From NCBI GenBank assembly GCA_965223845.1, contig CBDCXR010000004.1, positions 4,811,334 to 4,875,333 of the forward strand: DNA of 64,000 nucleotides, read 5' to 3'. The translations under genes were made by a program, and so were the position numbers. Of this stretch, positions 55,050 to 64,000 are shown in pieces. The stretch is from Planctomycetota bacterium. Lineage in GTDB: Bacteria > Planctomycetota > UBA8108 > SXIK01. Below the pieces are notes generated by a model. The model worked only from the letters and a program-made list of their open reading frames with translations, did not search any database and was not told the DNA's origin. How positions within the stretch are numbered: position 1 is the stretch's first letter; each line of letters starts with the position of its first letter.

Positions 55050-56810
55050 ATGACCGAGCACGTCACCGAACATAAGCATGGCGGGCTGAAGGAGCTTCCC
55101 GCGACGGCGATCTGCGGGAACGATATCACCTCCTCGTGCCTCTACGTCTCCGCGCTCGCCATCGTCTACGGCGGGAAGTGGGCGCCTCTCGCCCTTCTCT
55201 GCGTGGGCGGCGTCCTCTATCTCTTTCGCTCGATCTACGCCGAAGTCGTCGGCGCGCTCCCACTCAACGGCGGCGCGTACAACGCGCTTCTCAACACGAC
55301 GAGCAAGTTTCGCGCGTCGATCGCCGCGTGTCTCACGATACTCTCGTACATGGCGACGGCCGTCATTTCGGCGAGCGAAGCCATGCACTACGTAGAGACA
55401 CTCGTGCACGGACTGAACGTCGCGTGGGCGACCGCCGGTCTGCTCGCGGTGTTCGCCGTGCTCACGATCGTCGGGATCACGGAATCGGCGATCGTCGCGA
55501 TCGTGATCTTCATCACGCACATCGCGACTCTCGTCCTCCTCATCTTCTGCGGCGTCATCTTTCTCTTCGGCAACGGGCTCAGCATCGCGGCCGAGAACTT
55601 CGCGGCTGCGCCGCCCGGGGGATTCGGTACTGCGCTCTTGTTCGGCTTCTCCGCCGCGATGCTCGGGATTTCCGGCTTCGAGAGCTCGTCCAACTTCGTC
55701 GAAGAGCAGGCCGAAGGCGTCTTCCCAAAGACGCTCCGCAACATGTGGGTCGCCGTCACCTTCTTCAACCCCGTGATGGCACTTCTCGCGCTCTCACTCA
55801 TCTCGATCGACGATGTCCACGCGAACGAGCACGCGCTCCTCGCGCACCTCGGCGAAGTCTCCGCGGGGAAGTGGCTCTCGTACGTGATCTCCGTTGACGC
55901 GGCGCTCGTCCTCAGCGGAGCCGTGCTCACGAGCTTCGTCGGCGTCAATGGCCTCGTCGGACGCATGACGCTCGATCGCTGCCTCCCTCAGCTCCTCCTC
56001 AAGAGGAACCGCCGCGGCACCACGCACCGCATCGTCATCGCGTTTTTCATTCTCTGCGTTTCGGTTCTCTTCGTCACGAGCGGCGACGATCAGATCAAAA
56101 AGCTCGCCGTCGTCTACACGCTATCCTTTCTCTCCGTGATGGCACTCTTCGGCTTCGGGAACATCCTTCTCAAGGTGAAGCGCGCGCGCCTTCCGCGTCC
56201 GGCTCGAGCGCCGTGGGCGTTCGTTCTCGTCGCGATCGCCGCCGTGATGGTCGCGATCTACGGCAACGCGCGCATGAAAGAAGAATATCTCCGCGTCTTT
56301 CTCTTCTATCTCATTCCCGCTCTCCTCGTCGTCTCGATCATGCTTAGCCGCATCTCGATTCTGAAGGGAGTGCTCTTCATCGCACGCGGCATCCTGAAGC
56401 GCGCGGGGAAACGGGAGAGCGGGCTCGAAGCCGCGATCCAGGCGAAGATCGACGACATCAACAGCCAGCAGCTCGTCTTCTTCACCCGCGGCGACAACGT
56501 CGCGAACCTGAATCAGGCGATGCTCTACGTCTCGAACAACGAGCACACGAATCGAATCAAGATCGTGAGCGTCGTGAAGGACGAGGGCGAAGTTCCCGAA
56601 CGGCTACGGCGGGACCTTCGATTCCTCGACGAGGCGTATCCGGAGATCGACATCGAGTTCGTCGTCGAGAAGGGGACGTTCGGGCCGGAACTCATCCAGG
56701 AGCTGTCGCGGCGATGGCAGATTCCGACGAACCTCATGTTCATCGGATCGCCCGGGACTCACTTCATGTACGGGCTCGCCGAGCTCGGAGGCGTGCGTCT
56801 CATCATCTGA
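55050..56810 (+). CDS. APC-superfamily amino acid/polyamine-type permease with about 130-aa C-terminal cytoplasmic domain
   Basis: 12 predicted TM helices. The N-terminus (AICGNDITSSCLYVSALAIVYGGKWAPLALLCVGGVLYLF) is typical of APC transporters. C-terminal soluble tail after about residue 450. Confidence 0.75.
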   Translation: MTEHVTEHKHGGLKELPATAICGNDITSSCLYVSALAIVYGGKWAPLALLCVGGVLYLFRSIYAEVVGALPLNGGAYNALLNTTSKFRASIAACLTILSYMATAVISASEAMHYVETLVHGLNVAWATAGLLAVFAVLTIVGITESAIVAIVIFITHIATLVLLIFCGVIFLFGNGLSIAAENFAAAPPGGFGTALLFGFSAAMLGISGFESSSNFVEEQAEGVFPKTLRNMWVAVTFFNPVMALLALSLISIDDVHANEHALLAHLGEVSAGKWLSYVISVDAALVLSGAVLTSFVGVNGLVGRMTLDRCLPQLLLKRNRRGTTHRIVIAFFILCVSVLFVTSGDDQIKKLAVVYTLSFLSVMALFGFGNILLKVKRARLPRPARAPWAFVLVAIAAVMVAIYGNARMKEEYLRVFLFYLIPALLVVSIMLSRISILKGVLFIARGILKRAGKRESGLEAAIQAKIDDINSQQLVFFTRGDNVANLNQAMLYVSNNEHTNRIKIVSVVKDEGEVPERLRRDLRFLDEAYPEIDIEFVVEKGTFGPELIQELSRRWQIPTNLMFIGSPGTHFMYGLAELGGVRLII

Positions 56811-56957
56811 CGCTCGAAGGGCGTACCTCCAGGCCCTCCCGGCGTTCGATTCCGCTGGGCGAGTGTCGAGCGACTCGGCACAATGATGGGACGGTCGTCG
56901 GCTCGCCGTGTGATCTTTGCGAGGCGGCGAGGAAGATCTCCCGGCGCGTCGGATCCC

Positions 56958-59573
56958 ATGAAGCTACATACGATCGTCCTTGTTGCCACGGCGTTGGTCG
57001 GCTCGACCGCACTCGGAAGCGACCCCGATCGGGCCGCCGTCACGGTCGAGGTCGTCGAAGGCGTTCCGAACTCTCGCAAGTGGAGCGAGCTGTCGACGGG
57101 AAGGACGACCGACACGTTCGCCGTTCCGGCCTTCGCTCTTTCGGAAGTTCCCCGAAAGTACGCCCAGGGAGGAGGCGAGGCGTCCGACGGTCAGATCGTT
57201 TCGCGCTCGAGCCCGTTTCTCGTTCGCCTGCGCGCCGATGTCGCCTTTCGCGGCGGAACCTACTCCTTTCTTCTCCGGTCGTTCGGAGGAGCTCGCCTCG
57301 TCGTCGACGGTGAGACCGTTCTTTCGACTCGGTTCAAAGCCCGAAACGCCGATGGGCACGAGGAGGTTCCACCGCAGGCGACGAAGCTCTTTCCGCAGAT
57401 GCGACTTGCGCGAACGGGACACGCCGAAGCCGTCACGGATTTCGAGCTCGCGGCCGGCAGCCACGAGGTCCTGCTCGAAGCCGTCGTCGGTGGGAAGGGC
57501 CTCCGGCCGGAGATCGGGGAGCTCGGCGTGGCGTTCGCCGCGCGCGAACCGGACGGAAGCGTTCGCGTCTACCACCTCCTCCAGCCCCGAACGATCGCCG
57601 CCGAAGCGACTGACGCGAGCGATCCGTTCGGAGCGCCGCTCACGGACGACGGGTGGCGCGAGTACGCATTCGCGCACCGCGAGCGAGTTCTGGCGCTCAA
57701 CCGCAAACGCCGGCGCGATGCCTCACGTTCGAGTGACGCCTACTGGCGACAGCGTCACGCCGAAGCGGCGTTCGTCGCCGTGCGCATGCCCGTTCGGCGC
57801 GAAGCGAGTATCGACACGTTCATCGAAGAGCGTCTACGGGAGGCGGGCGCCGAGCCGAGAACGGTCGTCAGCGATCACACCTTCCTCCGGCGCGTCAGCC
57901 TCGACACGCGCGGAGTCGTGCCGACACCGGCCGAGATCGAATGGTTCTTCGCCGAGCCCGAAGAATCGCGGCGAGCGGCGTGGATCGATCGCATGCTCGA
58001 GGATCCCGGCTGGGCGGACCACTGGGTCGCGTACTGGCAAGACGTCCTCGCTGAGAACCCCGGCATCCTGAAGCCGAAGCTCAACAACACGGGTCCCTTC
58101 CGCTGGTGGATCCACGAATCGTTTCTCGACGCAAAGCCGATCGATCGCTTCGTAACCGAGCTCGTCCACATGAAGGGGAGCAAATACGAAGGCGGCGCCG
58201 CGGGATTCGAGCTCGCGACGGAGAACGATGTCCCGATGGCGGCGAAAGCCCACATCCTCGGGACGGCGTTCCTCGGCATCGACATGAAGTGCGCGCGTTG
58301 CCACGACGCACCGTATCACCCGTACGGGCAGCGCGATCTTTTCAGCATCGCGGCGATGCTCGAAGGGAAGCCGATCAAAGTCCCGCTGACGAGCAGCGTG
58401 CCGAGGACGAAGGAAGAGATCGACGATCTCATCGTCGAGGTGACGCTGGCACCGGGGACGTCCGTCGAACCGGCCTGGCCGTTCGAAGAGATCGCGCCCG
58501 AGTACGCGGGTGGCGAGACGAGCACGAATCTCGCGAGCTCGCGCGACCAGCTCGCAGCGCGCATCACCTCGCCGCGGAATCGCCGCTTTGCGCGGGTCGT
58601 CGTCAATCGGCTGTGGAAGCGGTATCTCGGCTACGCTCTCGTCGAGCCGGTGAGCGATTGGGACGGCGCGAAGGCGTCGCATCCCGAGCTCCTCGACTTC
58701 CTCGAGCGCGAGCTGCTGCTCGGCGGCTACGACCTAAAGCACGTCGCACGTCTGATCTTGAGCTCGCGTGCTTACCAGCGCGAGTGTGACGGCGACGCGA
58801 CGAAGGTCCCGGAGCCCGAAAAACGACTCTTCCGTGGACCGGCGAGGCGGCGGCTGAGCGCCGAGCAACTCGTCGATTCGCTCTTCCGCGTCGCCGGGAA
58901 AGCGCTCGGCTCGGAGCCTCTCTGCCTCGACGTCGACGGGCGGCGGCCGATCACGACCTTCCTCAACCTCGGTGTCCCGCGGCGCGCGTGGGAGTTTACG
59001 TCGCTCTCGAACGAGCGCGATCGACCGTCGCTGGCGATGCCGGTTGCGCAGAGCGTCATCGACGTCCTCCGTACGTTCGGCTGGCGCGAAACGAGGCAGG
59101 ATCCGATCACCGTCCGCGACGAAGAGCCGACCGTGCTCCAGCCGCTAGTCGTCGCGAATGGTGTCGTCGGGAATCGCGCGACGACGCTCTCCGATGATCA
59201 CGCACTCACGCAGGTCGCGATCGACGCGCGCGACGCCCGAGCGCTCGTTCGCAGCGTCTACCTTCGCGTCCTCAGTCGGTTGCCGACTCCGCCGGAAGAA
59301 GCACTGTTCTCCGATCTACTCCGTGAGGGCTTCGACGAGCGAGTTGTCGACTCCTCGGTTGTCGACAGTGGTGAGAAAGAGGCGAGCGACCAGCGAGCGG
59401 TTTCGTGGTCGAACCATCTCTCAGCCGAAGCCAATCGTCTGAAGATCGAGCTCGAGCGCCGCGTGCGCGCGGGCGATCGACCGACGTCGCGCCTTCGACC
59501 CGAATGGCGCGAACGCCTCGAAGACGTCGTCTGGACGCTCGTCAATTCGAGCGAGTTTCTCTTCGTCCCTTGA
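56958..59573 (+). CDS. PA14-like N-terminal domain followed by DUF1549/DUF1553 (PSD1) family protein. No PSCyt1 module.
   Basis: Signal peptide MKLHTIVLVATALVGSTALG. PA14-like segment (GTYSFLLRSFGGARLVVDGETVL). DUF1549 (FLRRVSLDTRGVVPTPAEIEWFFAEPEESRRAAWIDRMLEDPGWADHWVAYWQDVLAEN). MKCARCHDAPYHPY motif. DUF1553 C-terminus (HPELLDFLERELLLGGYDLKHVARLILSSRAYQR). Confidence 0.8.
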   Translation: MKLHTIVLVATALVGSTALGSDPDRAAVTVEVVEGVPNSRKWSELSTGRTTDTFAVPAFALSEVPRKYAQGGGEASDGQIVSRSSPFLVRLRADVAFRGGTYSFLLRSFGGARLVVDGETVLSTRFKARNADGHEEVPPQATKLFPQMRLARTGHAEAVTDFELAAGSHEVLLEAVVGGKGLRPEIGELGVAFAAREPDGSVRVYHLLQPRTIAAEATDASDPFGAPLTDDGWREYAFAHRERVLALNRKRRRDASRSSDAYWRQRHAEAAFVAVRMPVRREASIDTFIEERLREAGAEPRTVVSDHTFLRRVSLDTRGVVPTPAEIEWFFAEPEESRRAAWIDRMLEDPGWADHWVAYWQDVLAENPGILKPKLNNTGPFRWWIHESFLDAKPIDRFVTELVHMKGSKYEGGAAGFELATENDVPMAAKAHILGTAFLGIDMKCARCHDAPYHPYGQRDLFSIAAMLEGKPIKVPLTSSVPRTKEEIDDLIVEVTLAPGTSVEPAWPFEEIAPEYAGGETSTNLASSRDQLAARITSPRNRRFARVVVNRLWKRYLGYALVEPVSDWDGAKASHPELLDFLERELLLGGYDLKHVARLILSSRAYQRECDGDATKVPEPEKRLFRGPARRRLSAEQLVDSLFRVAGKALGSEPLCLDVDGRRPITTFLNLGVPRRAWEFTSLSNERDRPSLAMPVAQSVIDVLRTFGWRETRQDPITVRDEEPTVLQPLVVANGVVGNRATTLSDDHALTQVAIDARDARALVRSVYLRVLSRLPTPPEEALFSDLLREGFDERVVDSSVVDSGEKEASDQRAVSWSNHLSAEANRLKIELERRVRAGDRPTSRLRPEWRERLEDVVWTLVNSSEFLFVP

Positions 59574-59591
59574 TCCGACACGACACGTGCG

Positions 59592-60893
59592 ATGAACGAT
59601 ACCACGAGACGAGAGTTTCTGGCGGGGACCGCCGCGGCGGCGCTCACCCCGCTCGCCACCGTTGGTGCGGGTCCGCTCCTCGACTCTTCCGAGCGTGCCG
59701 AGCCGCGAACGAAGCCGGCGAAGCACTGCATCTTTCTCTGGCTCGGCGGCGGCGCGTGTCAAATCGACACCTGGGACCCGAAGCGCCGCGGTGATCCGAA
59801 GAAGAAGATCGCCGGCTCGGACTACGACGCCGTGCCAACGGCGATCCAGGGCGAGAAGGTCTGCGAGCACCTCGGGCGTTCGGCCGACGTCCTCGATCGC
59901 GCGGTTCTTTTTCGCACGGTTCACCACGACGTGATCGACGAGCACGCCGCGGCGGTGAATCGCATGCACACGGGTCGCCCGACGAGCGGGACGGTCGTCT
60001 ACCCGTCGATCGGAAGCGTGGTCGCGCACGAGCTAGGTGCCGCGGCGCGCGGCGTCCCGGCCTACATCGTGATGGGCTATCCGAATCTCACGCGCGGACC
60101 CGGGTTTCTCGGCGCGAAGCACAGCTATCTCTACCTCACCGACACCGACTCGGGACCCGCGGCGCTTACGCGTCCGCCCGCGGTCACGAAGAGTCGGCAG
60201 AAGAGGCGCGCCGAGCTGCTCGCCCGCCTCCGCGACCTACGCGGCCGCGAAGCGGCGGACGCGGCGGTTCGCGACTACGAAGAGGTCACCGCCGCCGCGT
60301 TCCGTCTCGCGGGGCCGGAGTTCATGGGCGCGTTCGAGCTCGAAAAGGAGCCGGCCGAGCTTCGTGAGTCATACGGCGCGGAGTTCGGTCAGCGCTGCCT
60401 CCTCGCGCGGCGCCTCGTCGAGCGCGGGGCGCGGTTCATCGAGGTGTCGCACAACCTCAACTTCATCAACGGAACCGGCTGGGACACGCACAACGAGGGA
60501 CAAGCGAAGCAGCACCTTCTCATCGATGAGCTCGACAAAGCGTTCTCGACGCTCGTCCTCGACCTCGAGAAACACAAGCTGCTCGACGACACGCTCGTCG
60601 TGATCTCGACCGAGTTCGGACGCCCGGCCAAGTTCGACGGTCGAGGCGGGCGCGGCCATCAGTCGCGCGCGTTCAGCGTCGTTCTCGCCGGTGGCGGCCT
60701 TCGAACGGGGCAAGTCATCGGCGAAACGAACGAGCTCGGCGAGAAACCCGCCGCGCACCCGGTCTCGGTCCCGGATCTCTTCGCGACGATCTACCACGCG
60801 CTCGGGATCGATCCGCTGAAGGAGCTCTACGCAGGCGATCGACCCGTACCGATCACGGACCAGGGGCGGGCGGTGGCTCGAGTGTTCGGCTAG
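59592..60893 (+). CDS. DUF1501 domain protein (TAT-exported), partner of the preceding DUF1549/DUF1553 protein
   Basis: MNDTTRREFLAGTAAAALTPLATVGA. DUF1501 motifs (KHCIFLWLGGGACQIDTWDPK...VVISTEFGRPAKFDGRGGRGHQSRAFSVVLAGGGLRTG). Confidence 0.85.
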   Translation: MNDTTRREFLAGTAAAALTPLATVGAGPLLDSSERAEPRTKPAKHCIFLWLGGGACQIDTWDPKRRGDPKKKIAGSDYDAVPTAIQGEKVCEHLGRSADVLDRAVLFRTVHHDVIDEHAAAVNRMHTGRPTSGTVVYPSIGSVVAHELGAAARGVPAYIVMGYPNLTRGPGFLGAKHSYLYLTDTDSGPAALTRPPAVTKSRQKRRAELLARLRDLRGREAADAAVRDYEEVTAAAFRLAGPEFMGAFELEKEPAELRESYGAEFGQRCLLARRLVERGARFIEVSHNLNFINGTGWDTHNEGQAKQHLLIDELDKAFSTLVLDLEKHKLLDDTLVVISTEFGRPAKFDGRGGRGHQSRAFSVVLAGGGLRTGQVIGETNELGEKPAAHPVSVPDLFATIYHALGIDPLKELYAGDRPVPITDQGRAVARVFG

Positions 60894-60917
60894 AGCATCG
60901 AGGGACGAGGTCTCGAC

Positions 60918-62270
60918 TCACGTCCGCCACGCCACCAGCACCGTCTCCATCTCCTCCGGCGTGAGCCCGCCGTGGTGCCCCCGAAATTGCTGCGGCCGCT
61001 CCGGCTTGCCGAGCCAGTACACCGATTCGTTCGCGTAGGGAAGAGCGATGAGATCCGGCATTCGGGCGTCGAAGCCCGCGCTCGCCTCCCCCGGTCCGAA
61101 CATCCCGGCGTCTTCGAGTTCGGCGCGTGAGTAGACCTCCGCTCGGCCGTCGAGAACCGCGCGCAGCTCGCCCTGCACGTCGGGGAGAGAGGAGGCATCG
61201 CGTAAATAGATAAAATAGTCGCGCGACGATCCCGCCGGGGCGATCGGCCCGCCCGTGACGTCACGCGCGAACTCGCCCGCGACGCGCGGGCACTCGACGT
61301 CAAGATAGACGGTGCGCCCGGGATCCATCTCCACCTGGCCGTGATCGGCCGACAGGAGATAGAGCGTGTCGGGTCGGCCGCGGAGCGCGCTCAGGACGTG
61401 ACGCTCGATCGAGCCGAAGAGCGTGCGGACGAAGCGATCGAGGCGCGTCGACGCCGGGCCGTGCTCGTGGCAGGCGAGGTCGAATCGGTCGATGTAGAAG
61501 AAACAGTACGCGGGATCGCTCTCTTCCTCGACGGTCTCGCGGAGACGCTCGAGGCCTTCGCGGAGATTCCGGTACGGAATCGTGCGCGCGCCCCGGCAGA
61601 CATGGCGCGAATACGCGCTCCGTGCGTAGAGCGCGCTTTGGAACACGTAGGACCGCACTCCCCGCTCCGCCAACCGATCATAGAGCTCTCCGCGCGGAAG
61701 GAGCGCGTCGATGTAACCCGCCATTTCGGGAAGTGAATCCCGCAGCTTGCTCGAGTACGCGCGATAAAGAAGCGGGAGGATGACTTCGCCGACGCGCGGA
61801 TCGTAGTACTGCCACTCGCAGACACCCGACTGCTTGATCGGGAGCCCGGTGTGCGCGCAGGTAACGTGCACGGCTGTTGTCGACGGGAACATCGACGTCA
61901 GCTTCGAGACGACGCCGCACTCCGCGATCTCGGCGAGTAGATCGACGGACGACCGCCATCGCTCGAGGAAACGCCAGCCGAACGCATCGACAAGAAAGAA
62001 CACCACCGTTCGCGCGCGCCGATCGCCGTCGCCGAACACCGACGGCGGGAGAGTCGAGAGCGGCGATGATCCGGTGAGGATGTGTTCGATCGTGCCCGGA
62101 ATCCGCGAGAAGCAAAACGACTCGTAGAGCGGCCGGAGAAAGCGCTCCGACCAGCGCGCGTCGTCGACCGCGGCGAGGGACTCGGTGTTGAGCACGAAGA
62201 GCGTGAATTCGATCGGAGTGGACGGAACCGTCGCCGCGCTCTGCGCGCCCGACTTGCACGAGGACGCCAC
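60918..62270 (-). CDS. Alkaline-phosphatase-superfamily protein (type I phosphodiesterase/nucleotide pyrophosphatase family)
   Basis: VVFFLVDAFGWRFLE, MFPSTTAVHVTCAHTGLP, YLLSADHGQ motifs. The start is uncertain: GTG at 62268-62270 or the upstream start at 62396. Confidence 0.65.
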   Translation of the reverse strand: MASSCKSGAQSAATVPSTPIEFTLFVLNTESLAAVDDARWSERFLRPLYESFCFSRIPGTIEHILTGSSPLSTLPPSVFGDGDRRARTVVFFLVDAFGWRFLERWRSSVDLLAEIAECGVVSKLTSMFPSTTAVHVTCAHTGLPIKQSGVCEWQYYDPRVGEVILPLLYRAYSSKLRDSLPEMAGYIDALLPRGELYDRLAERGVRSYVFQSALYARSAYSRHVCRGARTIPYRNLREGLERLRETVEEESDPAYCFFYIDRFDLACHEHGPASTRLDRFVRTLFGSIERHVLSALRGRPDTLYLLSADHGQVEMDPGRTVYLDVECPRVAGEFARDVTGGPIAPAGSSRDYFIYLRDASSLPDVQGELRAVLDGRAEVYSRAELEDAGMFGPGEASAGFDARMPDLIALPYANESVYWLGKPERPQQFRGHHGGLTPEEMETVLVAWRT

Positions 62271-62453
62271 TTTAGCATGACACGACGCGAAAGAGACCTC
62301 CGCGCGACCCTCTGCTAACTCGGGCGCCGTCCGAAAGTCGAAGAATCGCGGTCGAACTCGCCGAATCCGGTCTGGATACCCTCCACCTCGACGCACTGGA
62401 GATCTATACTGGTTGGTGTTCGACGTCTACATCGCCAGCGAGAAGTCTTTTCG

Positions 62454-64000
62454 ATGCCGTTTTGCCGATCGTTTCTCTGTGTATCGATCTTCGCCGGCTC
62501 AGCGGTGACCGCGTTCGCCGATGGCGACGTCTCATCCGCCGAACGGGAGTTCGCCCGATCCGTTTGGCCGGTGCTTCAGGCGAAGTGCGCGGCGTGTCAC
62601 TTCGCTCCCGAGCGAAAGGGCGAGCTCGATCTTTCGTCGCGCGCGGCTCTGCTCCGCGGCGGCGAGAGCGGGCGTCCCGCGATCGTTCCCGGGAACGCGA
62701 GCGCGAGCCCGCTCTACCAGGCCGTAACGTGGGTCTCGCCCGATCTTCGGATGCCGCCGAAGGAGAACGACCGCCTTGCGATCGCAGACGTCGTCGCGGT
62801 TCGCGCGTGGATCGACGCGGGAGCGCCGTGGCCTTCGGAGGAGCGGCTCGCCGAGCTCCGGCGTGAGATCGAACTCGAGGACAACAGCCGCGTGCGTTGG
62901 CGGACGAGCGGCGGACTCGCGAGCGAGTGGACGGATCGTCGTTACCGCGCCGAGGATCTCTGGGCGTATCACCCGGTCGCGAAGCCGGAAGTTCCGGACG
63001 AACCCGGCGCGCACCATCCCGTCGACGCGTTCGTCGCACGCCGCCTCCGCGCGAGCGAAATCGAGCCCGCTCCGCGTGCGGATCGACGAGCTCTGATTCG
63101 GCGCGTCACCTGGAACCTACTCGGTCTCCCGCCGACGCCAGCCGAGGTCGAGGCGTTCGTTACCGACTCGGCCCCCGACCGCGAGGCATTCGCCCGCGTC
63201 GTCGACCGACTGCTCGCGAGCCCGCACTACGGGGAGCAAGCGGCGCGCCGCTGGCTCGACGTCACCCGCTACGCCGACACCGCGGGATTCGCGAACGACT
63301 ACGAGCGACCGAACGCCTGGCGGTATCGCGACTACGTCGTCCGCGCGTTCAACGAAGACAAGCCCTACGACCGGTTCGTTCGCGAACAGATCGCGGGCGA
63401 CGAGATCGATCCGTCAAATCCCGAGCTCCTCGTCGCGACGGGGTTTCTCCGCATGGGGCCGTGGGAGCAAACAGGAATGAGCGTCGCAAAGGTGACGCGC
63501 CAGCAGTTCCTCGACGATGTGACCGAGAGTGTCGGGCAGGTTTTCCTCTCGCAGACCCTTCAGTGCGCGCGCTGCCACGACCACAAGTTCGATCCGATCC
63601 CGACGCGGGACTACTACGGCATCCAGGCGGTCTTCGCGACGACCCAGTTCGCCGAGCGTCCGGCTCCGTTTCTCGCGAGCGAGAACCGCGCGCGCTTCGA
63701 GAGCGAACGCGGTTACCTGGAAAAGCGCATCGCGCGTTACGAGGAGCAGCAGCGCGAGATTCGCGCGAAGTCCGCGCGGGCCGAAAAAGAGTGGTACAAG
63801 GAACGCGGGCGGGAGTTCGCGCCGCGCGCGGAGCTTCGTCGCCGAGGCGTCCCCGAAGACGAGATTGCACCGCGCCACGTGGGCCTCGACACGAAGGACT
63901 TCGGTCTCGAACGCATTTCGCGCAAGAACCTCACGCGCCACCGCTGGGAGCTCGATCGATTTCGTCCGCTCGCGCTCGCCGTCTACAACGGTGGAACGCG
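62454..64000 (+). CDS. PSCyt1/DUF1549/DUF1553 (PSD1) family protein, partial. It continues beyond the window end.
   Basis: ATG 62454. Signal peptide MPFCRSFLCVSIFAGSAVTAFA. PSCyt1 (FARSVWPVLQAKCAACHFAPERKGELDLSSRAALLRGGESGRPAIVPGNASASPLYQAV...MPP). DUF1549 (RRVTWNLLGLPPTPAEVEAFVTDSAPDREAFARVVDRLLASPHYGEQAARRWLDVTRYADT). LQCARCHDHKFDP motif. Open to the window edge, so not in the ORF track. Confidence 0.8.
   Translation, partial: MPFCRSFLCVSIFAGSAVTAFADGDVSSAEREFARSVWPVLQAKCAACHFAPERKGELDLSSRAALLRGGESGRPAIVPGNASASPLYQAVTWVSPDLRMPPKENDRLAIADVVAVRAWIDAGAPWPSEERLAELRREIELEDNSRVRWRTSGGLASEWTDRRYRAEDLWAYHPVAKPEVPDEPGAHHPVDAFVARRLRASEIEPAPRADRRALIRRVTWNLLGLPPTPAEVEAFVTDSAPDREAFARVVDRLLASPHYGEQAARRWLDVTRYADTAGFANDYERPNAWRYRDYVVRAFNEDKPYDRFVREQIAGDEIDPSNPELLVATGFLRMGPWEQTGMSVAKVTRQQFLDDVTESVGQVFLSQTLQCARCHDHKFDPIPTRDYYGIQAVFATTQFAERPAPFLASENRARFESERGYLEKRIARYEEQQREIRAKSARAEKEWYKERGREFAPRAELRRRGVPEDEIAPRHVGLDTKDFGLERISRKNLTRHRWELDRFRPLALAVYNGGT

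Noticed and set aside
1-64000. CRISPR arrays, rRNA, tRNA genes, prophage or integrase signatures
   Set aside because: No regularly spaced direct repeats, no rRNA-like conserved stretches, and no integrase/recombinase other than the Y1 transposase-like gene were seen.

Overview
High-GC (~68-70%) bacterial chromosomal window with about 39 genes on both strands. I infer a Planctomycetota-type genome from hallmark gene content: four members of the PSCyt1/DUF1549/DUF1553 ('PSD1') family, two of them with adjacent DUF1501 partners; a sulfatase with the C-x-P-S-R formylglycine motif; a DUF1080 protein; dockerin-like modules; and many large secreted multidomain proteins. The ORF track evidently calls GTG/TTG starts as M. 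Several of its long ORFs are antisense or N-terminally over-extended artefacts of the high GC content. Starts were re-placed from signal peptides, ribosome-binding sites and ATGA/GTGA overlaps.

Gene content, 5'->3' on the + strand:
- a pqiA/pqiB-like MCE lipid-transport pair
- an atu/liu-like acyl-CoA catabolic operon (acyl-CoA dehydrogenase, AtuA, DUF4387, enoyl-CoA hydratase) with a downstream acyl-CoA carboxyltransferase beta subunit
- a DUF1080 protein
- an MBOAT plus DltD/AlgJ-like O-acylation pair
- a SpoU-type RNA methyltransferase
- a TAT-secreted Gfo/Idh/MocA oxidoreductase
- a 1762-aa secreted PQQ-propeller/methyltransferase-like/LamG/malectin protein
- a dockerin protein with five choice-of-anchor-D repeats
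- a solitary Y1 (HUH) transposase-like gene
- a membrane-tethered ECF sigma factor followed by a CtpA/Prc S41 protease with a clean Rho-independent terminator
- a DrrAB-like ABC-2 exporter
- a 1198-aa CarboxypepD_reg-repeat protein
- blaI/blaR1-like regulators with a duplicated palindromic candidate operator
- a sulfatase
- an RlmL-like THUMP methyltransferase
- an MFS transporter
- a BamE-like lipoprotein
- a second PQQ-propeller/methyltransferase paralog
- a metallophosphoesterase/DgoK/APC-permease trio
- an alkaline-phosphatase-superfamily phosphodiesterase

No rRNA, tRNA or CRISPR was found.

Most interesting, in descending order:
- the two paralogous secreted double-PQQ-propeller proteins with a SAM-methyltransferase fold inserted between the propellers (one intact motif I, one degenerate), and their linkage to a BamE-like gene
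- the membrane-tethered ECF sigma plus periplasmic CtpA module, preceded by a low-GC intergenic region with a perfect hairpin and a triple direct repeat
- the solitary Y1 transposase-like gene
- the candidate BlaI operator pair
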